DNA of 48,992 nucleotides from Phycisphaerales bacterium (GTDB lineage Bacteria; Planctomycetota; Phycisphaerae; Phycisphaerales; SM1A02): NCBI GenBank assembly GCA_007693845.1, contig RECV01000171.1, positions 1 to 48,992 of the forward strand, read 5' to 3'. Shown piece by piece: positions 1 to 10,276 of this stretch (position 1 is its first letter; each line of letters starts with the position of its first letter). The notes under the pieces were generated by a model. It saw only the letters and a program-made list of their open reading frames with translations, ran no database searches and was not told where the DNA came from. The position numbers and the translations under genes were made by a program.

Positions 1-10
1 AGGAGCCCAC

Positions 11-178
11 GGCGCAGCCATAGGAGCCCACAGCGCGGTCGTAGTCGCGTGCGGCGCGTTCATGGGTTCCTACCGCGCGACCGTAGGAGCGCGCCACACG
101 GCCAGAGGCCTCTACGGCGCAGTCATGGGACTCTCCGGCGCGACCGCAGGACTCTCCTGCGCAGCCATAGGAGCATGA
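11..178. repeat. Degenerate 21-bp tandem repeat array (~8 units) at the window edge. Open in plus frame 2 as Gly/Ala-rich heptads (GAxGAxh) until TGA at 176-178
   Basis: Direct reading: units at 11-31, 32-52, 53-73, 74-94, 95-115, 116-136, 137-157, 158-178 share the motif GGCGCrnCCrTAGGAGC. Period is exactly 21 bp. Confidence 0.6.
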
Positions 179-241
179 AACCCCCGGCAAGCCACCCGGA
201 AACCCCCGAATCAGCCGGATAACCCGGTGTGACATACGAAC

Positions 242-1435
242 TCACTCCGGCAGCGAATCCAGGAAGCCCTGCACCTGGTCGACCATGGGCTTTGCGCCGA
301 TGTGAGCGAAAAGGTCGCGGGATTTCGTCCACAACTGTCGGACTGCCGCAAGGTCGCCGCGCTGCTTGGCGACAATGCCGAGGTTGCAGTATTGGGTCGC
401 CATCCCTTCGAGCCGGCCGAGTTTCTCGTTGATCTCCAGCGCCTTGCGGAACATCTTCTCGGCCTCATCGAGTTCGCCGCGGATTCGCATGACGTCTCCG
501 AGGTTGCCGCAGGCGTTGGCTATGCCTTCTAGCTGGCCAAGTTGCTCACTAATCTCGAGCGCCTTGCGGAACATCTTCTCGGCCTCATCGACGTCGCCGC
601 GTGTTTGCATGGTGAGGCCGAGATTGCCGTAGTCCGTTGCGACCCATAGTAGGTTGCCGAGTTTCTCATTAAGATTGAGGGCCTCCATATACATCTGTTC
701 GGCCTCAGAGAGTTCGCCTAGCAGAGCCTGGTGATTGCCGAGTTCAGTGAGCCACTGTGAGCGTGCAGCGAGCGTCTGACGGTCTTGCGCAGATTCGGTT
801 GAGCGCAAACGAAATCGCAGTTCTTCAATTCGTTCGCGGCGTAGGCCCGCGCTCATGCGGCCGCCGATTGTCCGATCACTCCAGATGAAGGAGTCAATTG
901 CGAAAAGCGAAGCCCGTGAATCCTCGGCGAACACGAGCGTATCGGAGCGATGGTCCATGAAGTCGGGCGCGCCGCGAGAAAGTAGCGAGAAGAGGTATTC
1001 CGGTACAAAGAGGACGATGGGGCGGTTGACTTCACGATGCCAGCGCGAGCGCCCCAAGTTGAGGGCCGCGATGGTTTCAATTGAGTCGGATTCGGAAGGC
1101 ACCGCCTTCTCAAGGTCGATCAGGAGCACAGGGCCGGTGTATTTTGGGCATGAGCTGATGGCGTCGAGTGTTTGTTCGAGCGGGCTGCTCCCGAATGCGG
1201 CCAGGGAGACCACCAGCGGAGGGCGGTCGGGCATCGACTCCTTCAGCGCCTCAATGATCTGATTCCGTAGCGAAGGACTATTGCAGATGGCAACGAACAG
1301 GGCGAATCCATCCGCACGGCGGACGCCTCGACTCAGCGTGCGCAAAGTGGAGGCAGCTTCATCCGCCTCGTGATGCGGCACGGTATCGCTCAAGGGTTCG
1401 GAAGACCGGGTTGATTTCGTACCACGGTTGGCCAT
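242..1435 (-). CDS. TPR-repeat protein (C-terminal tandem TPR units; N-terminal ~200 aa alpha/beta domain). May be the C-terminal half of a split STAND NTPase
   Basis: Repeated 34-aa units (…AEKMFRKALEISEQLGQLEGIANACGNLGDV… occurring several times). Overlaps the upstream NTPase ORF by 77 nt in a different frame. Confidence 0.6.
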   Translation of the reverse strand: MANRGTKSTRSSEPLSDTVPHHEADEAASTLRTLSRGVRRADGFALFVAICNSPSLRNQIIEALKESMPDRPPLVVSLAAFGSSPLEQTLDAISSCPKYTGPVLLIDLEKAVPSESDSIETIAALNLGRSRWHREVNRPIVLFVPEYLFSLLSRGAPDFMDHRSDTLVFAEDSRASLFAIDSFIWSDRTIGGRMSAGLRRERIEELRFRLRSTESAQDRQTLAARSQWLTELGNHQALLGELSEAEQMYMEALNLNEKLGNLLWVATDYGNLGLTMQTRGDVDEAEKMFRKALEISEQLGQLEGIANACGNLGDVMRIRGELDEAEKMFRKALEINEKLGRLEGMATQYCNLGIVAKQRGDLAAVRQLWTKSRDLFAHIGAKPMVDQVQGFLDSLPE

Positions 1436-2687
1436 TCATGTACTCAAACACGTGGAGCAGATAGAGCATCTGCTGGTGGTCATCGTCTGTGGGAATTGTA
1501 TCCTGGGGTTCGTCGAATAGGCGGAGAAGTGGCCAGAAGTCGCTTGGAACTTCGCGAAGGAGTGAGTTGGCGTACTTGCGCACGGCCCGCTGGGCCGCGT
1601 CCTTTGTGATGGGCAATTGGTCGAGTTCATCAAGGGCTGATTGGATAAACATCATCAGATGTCGCGGGTGACCGCCGGTCATCCGGCACAGGTATGAGGC
1701 CGTTGCTTCAGTCTCGAAAGCGTCACTAAAGTTGACATTAGCGTGCTGGCAGCGGGCTTCAAGCATTTCGCGCATTTTTTTCATGCCGGGGCTGTCATCC
1801 TCGACTCCGGCCCGGTCCTTACCGCGTAAATTAATCATGGAGACTGGAGTGTTGTGCTCGCCGATTCCCACTTCCAGTTGGGCGCACGCGGCCGAATAGA
1901 TCAGAGAGATCGGAACGGTGTAGACGACATGCGCCCGCAGACTTGAAAGTTGTTCGTGGCGGTGGAAGAACAGCCGATCGTGCGTGGTGAAGCCAGCAGA
2001 TATCTCACGTCGGACAATCTTGTCAAGTCCGTCGATGAGGAGAACGAGGCCGGCCATATCATTTTCCGCTAAGGCAACTGAGGCAGTTGTCAGGAGATCG
2101 TTCACTGCTTTGAGCAGGTTGGTGCTCTGCTTTTCAATCTCTTCGCGGAGCATTGACCGAGAGTTCGGTCGGTTGCGCAGCTCCGCCGTAAGCCCGCCAA
2201 AGCCGGTCTCTAAGGAGACATCCTTGATCGTAATCTCGGATTGGAGGACTCCCCAGAGGTCATCCCATACGCGCTGTAGGTACTTTGAGGCGCCGTCGAA
2301 TCCGGGAACATTGGCATCCTTCAACTGCATTAGAGTCTCTCCCGCGATGCATACGAGCAGGTCGGGAAAGTCGAGGTCATTGACATCAAGTGCATCACCC
2401 GCGTCGAAGAAAATGACCTTGAAGACTTGACCGCGATCGGGGTTTTCGAGATTTGACTTCAGGCGCAGAAGTTCGCTCGTCTTTCCGACGCCGCGATGGC
2501 CTGCGAAAAGCTTGACATCTGGTTTCGCAGGATCGCATCTGCGGAGACTGCGTTCGTACTGCTCGACGACATTTTCGCCTCGGACGACATCAAGATCGAT
2601 GTAACGCGGGTCCGCTGGCGCGAGGGGTTCGTTCGGCTCACAGCCCCTGAAGAGGCGGGTGATAGAGTTCGGTGCATCTGGTGGCAT
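1359..2687 (-). CDS. P-loop NTPase, STAND/AAA-like (Walker A GHRGVGKTSEL; Walker B-like LVLLIDGLDK)
   Basis: Motifs seen in the 442-aa translation. Directly followed by, and overlapping, the TPR ORF on the same strand. Confidence 0.65.
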   Translation of the reverse strand: MPPDAPNSITRLFRGCEPNEPLAPADPRYIDLDVVRGENVVEQYERSLRRCDPAKPDVKLFAGHRGVGKTSELLRLKSNLENPDRGQVFKVIFFDAGDALDVNDLDFPDLLVCIAGETLMQLKDANVPGFDGASKYLQRVWDDLWGVLQSEITIKDVSLETGFGGLTAELRNRPNSRSMLREEIEKQSTNLLKAVNDLLTTASVALAENDMAGLVLLIDGLDKIVRREISAGFTTHDRLFFHRHEQLSSLRAHVVYTVPISLIYSAACAQLEVGIGEHNTPVSMINLRGKDRAGVEDDSPGMKKMREMLEARCQHANVNFSDAFETEATASYLCRMTGGHPRHLMMFIQSALDELDQLPITKDAAQRAVRKYANSLLREVPSDFWPLLRLFDEPQDTIPTDDDHQQMLYLLHVFEYMNGQPWYEINPVFRTLERYRAASRGG

Positions 2688-2791
2688 TTGGGAAGGAGTG
2701 TATCACAGTTGCGGGCAGGTGGTCGGCGGCCCATGTGTGCATCGCGGTGGGTTCCTCGTCGCGACCGTGTTAGATGCGATCGAGCCATTGA

Positions 2792-3040
2792 ATGGTGTTC
2801 GATGCGACGATAAATCGTTCGAGACTTCAGTATCATCAACTTGAGCTGGAACAAATCGAAATGATTGCGGAGCTGGTCGAGCGTGTGGATGCCGGGCCTC
2901 GCCTGTTGTATGAATATCGCCGAACCTTTCTGCACGAGTGGTTCCATTTTGATTCGAATTCCGAAGAAGCAACGGCCGCGCACGATGCTCTGCGCGAGGT
3001 CGCGCGAGACTACGCCGAGGCCAACCGACTCGAGTGGTAG
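2792..3040 (+). CDS. Small hypothetical protein (82 aa), divergent from the NTPase gene
   Basis: ATG-initiated ORF with non-repetitive, balanced composition (MVFDATINRSRLQYHQLELEQIEMIAELVERVD…). No recognisable family. Confidence 0.3.
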   Translation: MVFDATINRSRLQYHQLELEQIEMIAELVERVDAGPRLLYEYRRTFLHEWFHFDSNSEEATAAHDALREVARDYAEANRLEW

Positions 3041-3377
3041 GTGGGCGGGTCGAGTGGTTGCTCAGCGAAGGAGATTTTGACCGGGAGTCCGGTGGCCGGG
3101 AGTGCGCGCGCCGGTGTGCTTGGGGGTGAATCAGGACGCGATTCGAAAAAGGTCAAAACCGGTGATTGACTGAACGAAACCGTGCGCCGATGTGTTCATT
3201 CGTGTCATTTTGCGCCAATTTCGGGCGCGACCTGGCGGGCATTTTGGCGTGAAAAGCGCGCTGGCGCGCGCAGTTGGCAGGTCAGGCATCGGGTCAACGG
3301 AAAGCACTAATCAGCCGGGCGCGCGGCCGGGGCGACGAAGATCGGAATCGTTCAAAACAAGTGCGCGGCTGATCCCC

Positions 3378-4867
<1,490 letters not shown>

Positions 4868-5027
4868 TTATGGTACGGAATTCAGCCCGTTTGTACCGGC
4901 CTTCCGGACCGGAATTGTGAGTCGGCGAGTCGTGCGGATCAAGTCCGAACCCGGCCGCGTCGATACCTGAGGTTGACCGAAGTGTTGTGAAGACATTCGG
5001 CAAGTGATTCGACGTTGAATCGAGCAA

Positions 5028-5237
5028 ATGGAGATCACCGGCGTGTCCGACGGCAAGACCATTCGCATCATGTGCCCGAATCTGAGCTGCCAGCGCATTC
5101 TGGCGGTGCCCGGCGATGCGCGTGGCAAACTGGTGCGCTGCCGCAACTGTCACACGACCGTTCGGATCCCGATGCAGAAGGCCCCGGTCATCGCGCCGGC
5201 GGCCAAGGATGAAGACGCGTCGAGCGAAGCGGCCTGA
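5028..5237 (+). CDS. Small zinc-ribbon protein (CPNLSC…CRNC)
   Basis: 69-aa ORF with two CxxC pairs. Co-directional with the downstream HExxH and ATP-grasp genes. Confidence 0.45.
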   Translation: MEITGVSDGKTIRIMCPNLSCQRILAVPGDARGKLVRCRNCHTTVRIPMQKAPVIAPAAKDEDASSEAA

Positions 5238-5373
5238 GCTGCGCCCCGCGCGATCGGTCCTCGGCGGTCCTCTCTTCGTGGAAATTGTGATAGTTTGTTC
5301 GCATCGGAACGGTTGAGCCGGTTCCGGTCGATGCTTCGTCGCTTTTCCACCTGCTCGATCCGTCAGTCTGCCG

Positions 5374-6438
5374 ATGCCATCACGTTCCGCACGAACAACC
5401 GGTTCCCGCCGTTCGGGCCGCGCCGCCCAACCGGTGTGGGCATCGTACGATGACGAGCGCCTGCTCGATCTGCGGTTCTGTGATTTGCGCATCGAACCTG
5501 CACAAACGCGCATGTCGGACTACATGGAACGCCTGTACGACGAACTGGCGCGGCGCGGGATTCGCCATCGACCGCACATGTGGTTTTCGAGCGAATGGTT
5601 CAGCCCGGACGGCGTGCCGGGGATCGCGCTGCCGTTCTATCTCGGCCATGAACGACTGATGCGGCTTGAGAAGAAGAAGATGCTCGAAGTCGAAGGCGGT
5701 GCGGATCGCGCGTGCATGCGCATCCTGCGACACGAGGCCGGTCACGCCATCTGCACGGCCTATCGCCTGCACTACCGCGCGAGTTGGCGGAAGCACTTCG
5801 GCCGTTTTTCCAAGCCGTATCCCGATTCCTACCGGCCGAACCCGAACAGTCGACATCACGTCGTGCACCTGAATCGCTGGTACGCGCAGGCCCACCCGGC
5901 GGAGGACTTTGCGGAGACCTTTGCCGTCTGGCTGCGTCCGGGTTCACGCTGGCGTCAGTCGTACCGCGGCTGGCCGGCACTACGCAAACTCGAATTCGTT
6001 GAAGAACTCATGCGCGACCTGGCCGGGGCCACCCCGCCGGTTCGAACGCGCCGCCGCATCGAGCCGATCAGCGAATTGCGCACGACGTTACGCGAACACT
6101 ACAAGGCGAAGCGACTGCGGTACGGTTCGGATTGGCCGGATGTGCTCGACCGGGATCTGTACCGAATCTTTTCCAATGACAAGCGTTATGCGTCCAACCC
6201 GTCGGCGGCGTCGTTTTTGCGACGAGAACAGCGCACCATCCGCGAGCATGTTTCGCGCTGGACGGGAACGTATCAGTACACGATCGATCAGGTGTTGCGT
6301 GATACCATTGACCGGTGTCGCGAACTGAAACTGCGATTGGCGATCGATGAAGATGAAGCGCGCATGCAGGCCACGCTCATGATCACGGTGCAGACCATGA
6401 ATTACATTCACGGCGGACACCATCGGATACTGCTATGA
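5374..6438 (+). CDS. Putative zinc metallopeptidase-like protein (HExxH: LRHEAGHAIC)
   Basis: HEAGH motif in the translation. Stop overlaps the start of the next gene (ATGA at 6435-6438). Confidence 0.6.
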   Translation: MPSRSARTTGSRRSGRAAQPVWASYDDERLLDLRFCDLRIEPAQTRMSDYMERLYDELARRGIRHRPHMWFSSEWFSPDGVPGIALPFYLGHERLMRLEKKKMLEVEGGADRACMRILRHEAGHAICTAYRLHYRASWRKHFGRFSKPYPDSYRPNPNSRHHVVHLNRWYAQAHPAEDFAETFAVWLRPGSRWRQSYRGWPALRKLEFVEELMRDLAGATPPVRTRRRIEPISELRTTLREHYKAKRLRYGSDWPDVLDRDLYRIFSNDKRYASNPSAASFLRREQRTIREHVSRWTGTYQYTIDQVLRDTIDRCRELKLRLAIDEDEARMQATLMITVQTMNYIHGGHHRILL

Positions 6439-7463
6439 AGCCACGCCGTATCCTCTCGCTCATGCACGAAGATTGTGTGCCGCCGACTTCACTGGAAGGC
6501 GTGCCAGAGAAGGAGATTGCGCGCTGGAAGACTGAATACGACGTTGTTGCCGGTCTTGAACACGCTGGCCACGAAGTCGTGGCGCTGGGTGTGCGGGATG
6601 ATCTCAAAGTCATTCGCGACACGATCGATGAGTTCAAGCCGCATGTCGCGTTCAATCTGCTGGAGGAGTTCCACGGCATCGGGGTGTACGACTACTACGT
6701 GGTGAGCTATCTCGAACTGCTCCGCAAGGCGTACACCGGTTGCAATCCGCGCGGCCTGCTGCTGGCCCACGACAAGGGGTTGAGCAAGAAAATTCTGTCC
6801 TACCACCGGCTGCCCGTGCCGAAGTTCGCGGTCTTCCCGGTCGGACGCGCGGTGCGGCGATCATCGCGTCTGGAGTTCCCGCTTCTCGTGAAGTCTCTCA
6901 TCGAGGACGCTTCGCTCGGCATTTCCCATGCGTCGATCGTTCACACGGATGAGAAACTTCGGGAGCGGGTGGCATTCGTGCACGAGAAGCTGGGCACCGA
7001 TGCCATTGCTGAGCAGTACATTGACGGCCGTGAACTCTACGTCGGCGTGCTGGGCAATCACCGCCTGCAGACGTTCCCGATCTGGGAAATGCAGTTCGGC
7101 AAGCTGCCGGAAGGATCGCCGCGCATCGCGACCGCGAAGATCAAATGGGATGAGAAGTATCAGAAGCGCATCGGACTGACGACCGAACCGGCGAAGGATC
7201 TGTCCCCGGAGCTCGAGCGAAAGATCTACCGGATCTGCAAGCGCGCGTACCGCGATCTCGGCATGACCGGGTACGGGCGCATGGACCTGCGGCTGACGGA
7301 CGATGACCGGGTGTACCTGATCGAAGCGAATCCGAATCCGAACCTGGCGTACGGCGAGGACTTCGCCGAATCAGCGGAGCATGCCGGTCTGTCCTACGGC
7401 GAGCTGCTGAACCGCATCGTCAGTCTTGGCCTCCGCTATAGTGCACAGTGGCGTGTTGAGTAG
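6435..7463 (+). CDS. ATP-grasp family ligase (D-Ala–D-Ala ligase/RimK-like)
   Basis: ATP-grasp signatures (…GRMDLRLTDDDRVYLIEANPNP…) with a pre-ATP-grasp N-domain. Translationally coupled to the upstream HExxH ORF. Confidence 0.8.
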   Translation: MKPRRILSLMHEDCVPPTSLEGVPEKEIARWKTEYDVVAGLEHAGHEVVALGVRDDLKVIRDTIDEFKPHVAFNLLEEFHGIGVYDYYVVSYLELLRKAYTGCNPRGLLLAHDKGLSKKILSYHRLPVPKFAVFPVGRAVRRSSRLEFPLLVKSLIEDASLGISHASIVHTDEKLRERVAFVHEKLGTDAIAEQYIDGRELYVGVLGNHRLQTFPIWEMQFGKLPEGSPRIATAKIKWDEKYQKRIGLTTEPAKDLSPELERKIYRICKRAYRDLGMTGYGRMDLRLTDDDRVYLIEANPNPNLAYGEDFAESAEHAGLSYGELLNRIVSLGLRYSAQWRVE

Positions 7464-7881
7464 TGTCATCGACTTGGCCGGTTTCCCATGAAGAGGGAGC
7501 GCCGCGCCATTGCGGGCCGGCCACGGCCAGAACCGTGACGTGATCCATGTGCGGGTCCTGGGTTTTGACGCGCACCACTTTTGAGACGGTGGGATCAACC
7601 GAAGTTCCGCGCGGGGGCTGGTTGCTGCTCATCCATTCCCAACGGTGTTCATCGAACCAGAAGTATCGCTTCGTGTACGGTTCGTAGTAGAGCTCGGCCT
7701 GGGGGTGGTAAACGAACTCATAGTGCCACCACGACTGCTCGGGATGATCCGTGCGCGGTTGTCCGTTCGAGTCCCAGCTCAGATACTGGTTGGGCGTCGC
7801 GCAGCCGTTGAGCATGCTCAGCGTGGCGAGCGAAGCGGCAAAGCCGAGGGGCATCAGTACGGTCGTGGTCCATCCGCGCAT
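7420..7881 (-). CDS. Hypothetical lipoprotein (lipobox LNGC)
   Basis: MRGWTTTVLMPLGFAASLATLSMLNGC signal peptide/lipobox. Start placed at the internal Met (ATG rc at 7879-7881). Confidence 0.5.
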   Translation of the reverse strand: MRGWTTTVLMPLGFAASLATLSMLNGCATPNQYLSWDSNGQPRTDHPEQSWWHYEFVYHPQAELYYEPYTKRYFWFDEHRWEWMSSNQPPRGTSVDPTVSKVVRVKTQDPHMDHVTVLAVAGPQWRGAPSSWETGQVDDTTQHATVHYSGGQD

Positions 7882-8049
7882 GGTGTGATCTCCTTCATGC
7901 CGGGTCATTCCGGATGACGATTCATCGGTCCCGTCGGGATCGCGGATGAGCGTCATTGAACGCACACCGTCCCGATAACCCGTCAGCACCTCACGCAGAT
8001 CACCGCCCTTGCCCGAATCGGATCATCACTACCTTTTCACAGAAATCGG

Positions 8050-9030
8050 TCAGCGAACGCGAATCAGCGCCTGGCGATCGATCTGGCGCGCGATGAGAAC
8101 CGATTCGATCTCGCTCAGGTACCGACGCGCATCCTGAACGTAACCGGCGGTCGGTTTCAACTCCGGGCACTGCGCGCAGAAGAACCGGTTGAGACGGAGC
8201 ATGAAGAGTTCGCGGACGTACTTGGCCGTCATCGAAGCCAGGGCGACCGGGAAGTGCATCCGGTCCGCTTCACATTGAAACGTCACCGTGAGCTGGGAAC
8301 CGCTACGGTTGAGCCGATAACGACTGATGTCGGCCTGCTCCGCGAGAATCGTCAGATGAGCATCCGGCCAGGCGAATTGAAGATCCTCCCGGTAATGCGT
8401 GCGGCCGCCGTGACGATCCAGAATCACGCGCGGATGAGCATCCGGCCACTTGCGCCAGATGCGGTCCACCAGCCGCAGAGCAGCCGTGAGATTCACCCCC
8501 GCCTTGCTGTTGGTTCGGGTGACCTGCGCGTTGAAATCGCCCGCGTCGATGGCTTCACAGGTCATGCCGGCAAACTCGACGCCGGAATCTTCTAGCGTTC
8601 GCGCGAGCCGGCTGATCACGATGCGAAGTTCATCCGCGTGGTGCGCCAGGGGCAGGGGGGACACGGTCGCGTACCAGGGCGTCTCGGGACAGGTGACATT
8701 GAGCAGAGAAAACATGTCCGCGTCCTGTTCCGGCAGCCGCCCGCCGAAATGCCCGAGGAAGGCGAGCACGCCTCGTTCGAGATGTTTGAGTGGATGCGTC
8801 TTGCTGGATTTGGCGAGCTTGAGATTCTTGGAATCGTCCACGGCAATGCGCTGGCGGCGATCGCGCTTCGCGCGGCAGACGGATTCTTCAAGCCGCTGCC
8901 AGAGATCCGGAGCGCCATCGGCGGGATCGTGGTCCGGCACGACGAACACCGTCGCGCCGAGACAGAGCGGCCCGAGCATGGGGCCGTATCCCGCTTCATC
9001 GATCCCCGCGTAGATCAGCATGGGTGGCAT
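8050..9030 (-). CDS. rnhB: Ribonuclease HII-family protein (divergent, ~327 aa with extended/inserted regions)
   Basis: IYAGIDEAGYGPMLGPL (RNase HII DEAGRGP motif), VDDSKNL (DSK motif), VILDRHGG, SMTAKYVRE. Start MPPMLIYAG at 9030. The longer track ORF (to 9924) is antisense to mnmA. Confidence 0.55.
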   Translation of the reverse strand: MPPMLIYAGIDEAGYGPMLGPLCLGATVFVVPDHDPADGAPDLWQRLEESVCRAKRDRRQRIAVDDSKNLKLAKSSKTHPLKHLERGVLAFLGHFGGRLPEQDADMFSLLNVTCPETPWYATVSPLPLAHHADELRIVISRLARTLEDSGVEFAGMTCEAIDAGDFNAQVTRTNSKAGVNLTAALRLVDRIWRKWPDAHPRVILDRHGGRTHYREDLQFAWPDAHLTILAEQADISRYRLNRSGSQLTVTFQCEADRMHFPVALASMTAKYVRELFMLRLNRFFCAQCPELKPTAGYVQDARRYLSEIESVLIARQIDRQALIRVR

Positions 9031-9066
9031 GGTAATCGCCCCGGCCGCGGGCCTACAATCAGGGCC

Positions 9067-10245
9067 ATGTCCGGATCGCATACATCGCCCAGGAAGGCCA
9101 AGGTTCTCGTCGCAATGTCCGGCGGGGTTGATTCCTCCGTCGCCGCGGCTCTGTTGAAGGAACAGGGCTACGACGTCGTCGGCTGTTTCATGCGCCTTGG
9201 GTCGCCCGGCGAGACGTTTGACGAGCTGGAGCCGTATGACGAAGAGCAGATGGCGTGCGATCCGAAGAAAATCCGCATCGGGAAGCAGGGGTGCTGTTCG
9301 ATCAACGATGCGGCCGATGCGCGGATCGTGGCGGCGAAACTCGATATCCCGTTCTACGTCTGCAACTTCAAGAAGGACTTCGGCCGCATCATCGATTACT
9401 TCGTCGGTGAGTACAACGCCGGCCGCACGCCCAACCCGTGCGTGCGCTGCAACGACTGGCTCAAATTCGGCAAGCTGCACGAGTACGCCCGGCAGATCGA
9501 TGCGTCTTTTGTGGCGTCGGGGCACTACGCCCGCCTGGAACGATCGAACGAAGACGGCTGGTCGCTTCGGCGCGGGGTCGATCATGACAAGGACCAGAGC
9601 TACGTTCTCTTCGGCGCGCCGCGGGATCGGCTGGCGGAGATGATGCTGCCGATCGGCGGGTTTCAGAAGAGCGAAGTGCGCGAAATGGCGGAGCGGTACG
9701 GCCTGCCCGTCTTCAACAAGCCCGATTCGCAGGAAATCTGCTTTGTACCCGATCAGGATTACGCCGGTCTGGTCAAACGCCGTTCGCCTGACACGGTACA
9801 GCCGGGCCGCATTGTCGACACCAGCGGGAAAGATCTCGGTGAACATCCGGGACAGCAGCACTTCACCATCGGACAGCGGCGTGGGGTGGGTGTCGCGCTC
9901 GGTTACCCGATTTATGTCGTGCACAAGGATCCGGCGAGCAACACCGTTGTGGTCGGCGAGCGGGAAGAGTTGAAGGCGACCGGACTCAAGGCGCGCGAAA
10001 CCAACTGGCTGATCGATTGGCCCGTGTCACCCGACGACAACGAGCCGGTGTGGCGGGACTGCACCGCCAAGATTCGCTACAACGCCGATCCGGTTCCCGC
10101 GCGGGTACGGATCAGCGGCGACGATGAACTTGAAGTTACTTTCGATGAGCCGCAGTACGCCGTCGCGCCGGGACAGGCGGTCGTGTGTTATGAGGGTGAA
10201 ACCGTACTCGGCGGGGGATGGATCGCCGAAGCAACCGATCGTTGA
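9067..10245 (+). CDS. mnmA: tRNA-specific 2-thiouridylase
   Basis: KVLVAMSGGVDSSVAA PP-loop motif, conserved Cys residues and full-length collinearity with MnmA. ATG at 9067. Confidence 0.92.
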   Translation: MSGSHTSPRKAKVLVAMSGGVDSSVAAALLKEQGYDVVGCFMRLGSPGETFDELEPYDEEQMACDPKKIRIGKQGCCSINDAADARIVAAKLDIPFYVCNFKKDFGRIIDYFVGEYNAGRTPNPCVRCNDWLKFGKLHEYARQIDASFVASGHYARLERSNEDGWSLRRGVDHDKDQSYVLFGAPRDRLAEMMLPIGGFQKSEVREMAERYGLPVFNKPDSQEICFVPDQDYAGLVKRRSPDTVQPGRIVDTSGKDLGEHPGQQHFTIGQRRGVGVALGYPIYVVHKDPASNTVVVGEREELKATGLKARETNWLIDWPVSPDDNEPVWRDCTAKIRYNADPVPARVRISGDDELEVTFDEPQYAVAPGQAVVCYEGETVLGGGWIAEATDR

Positions 10246-10276
10246 CATTCATCTCGGCTGAGGTGAAGATTCGGCG

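Noticed and set aside
9031-9924. 5' part of the 624-aa minus-strand track ORF (8050–9924)
   Set aside because: It is antisense to the well-supported mnmA gene. The RNase HII-like homology begins only at the internal Met at 9030, and the upstream 298 codons are an open GC-rich frame without features.
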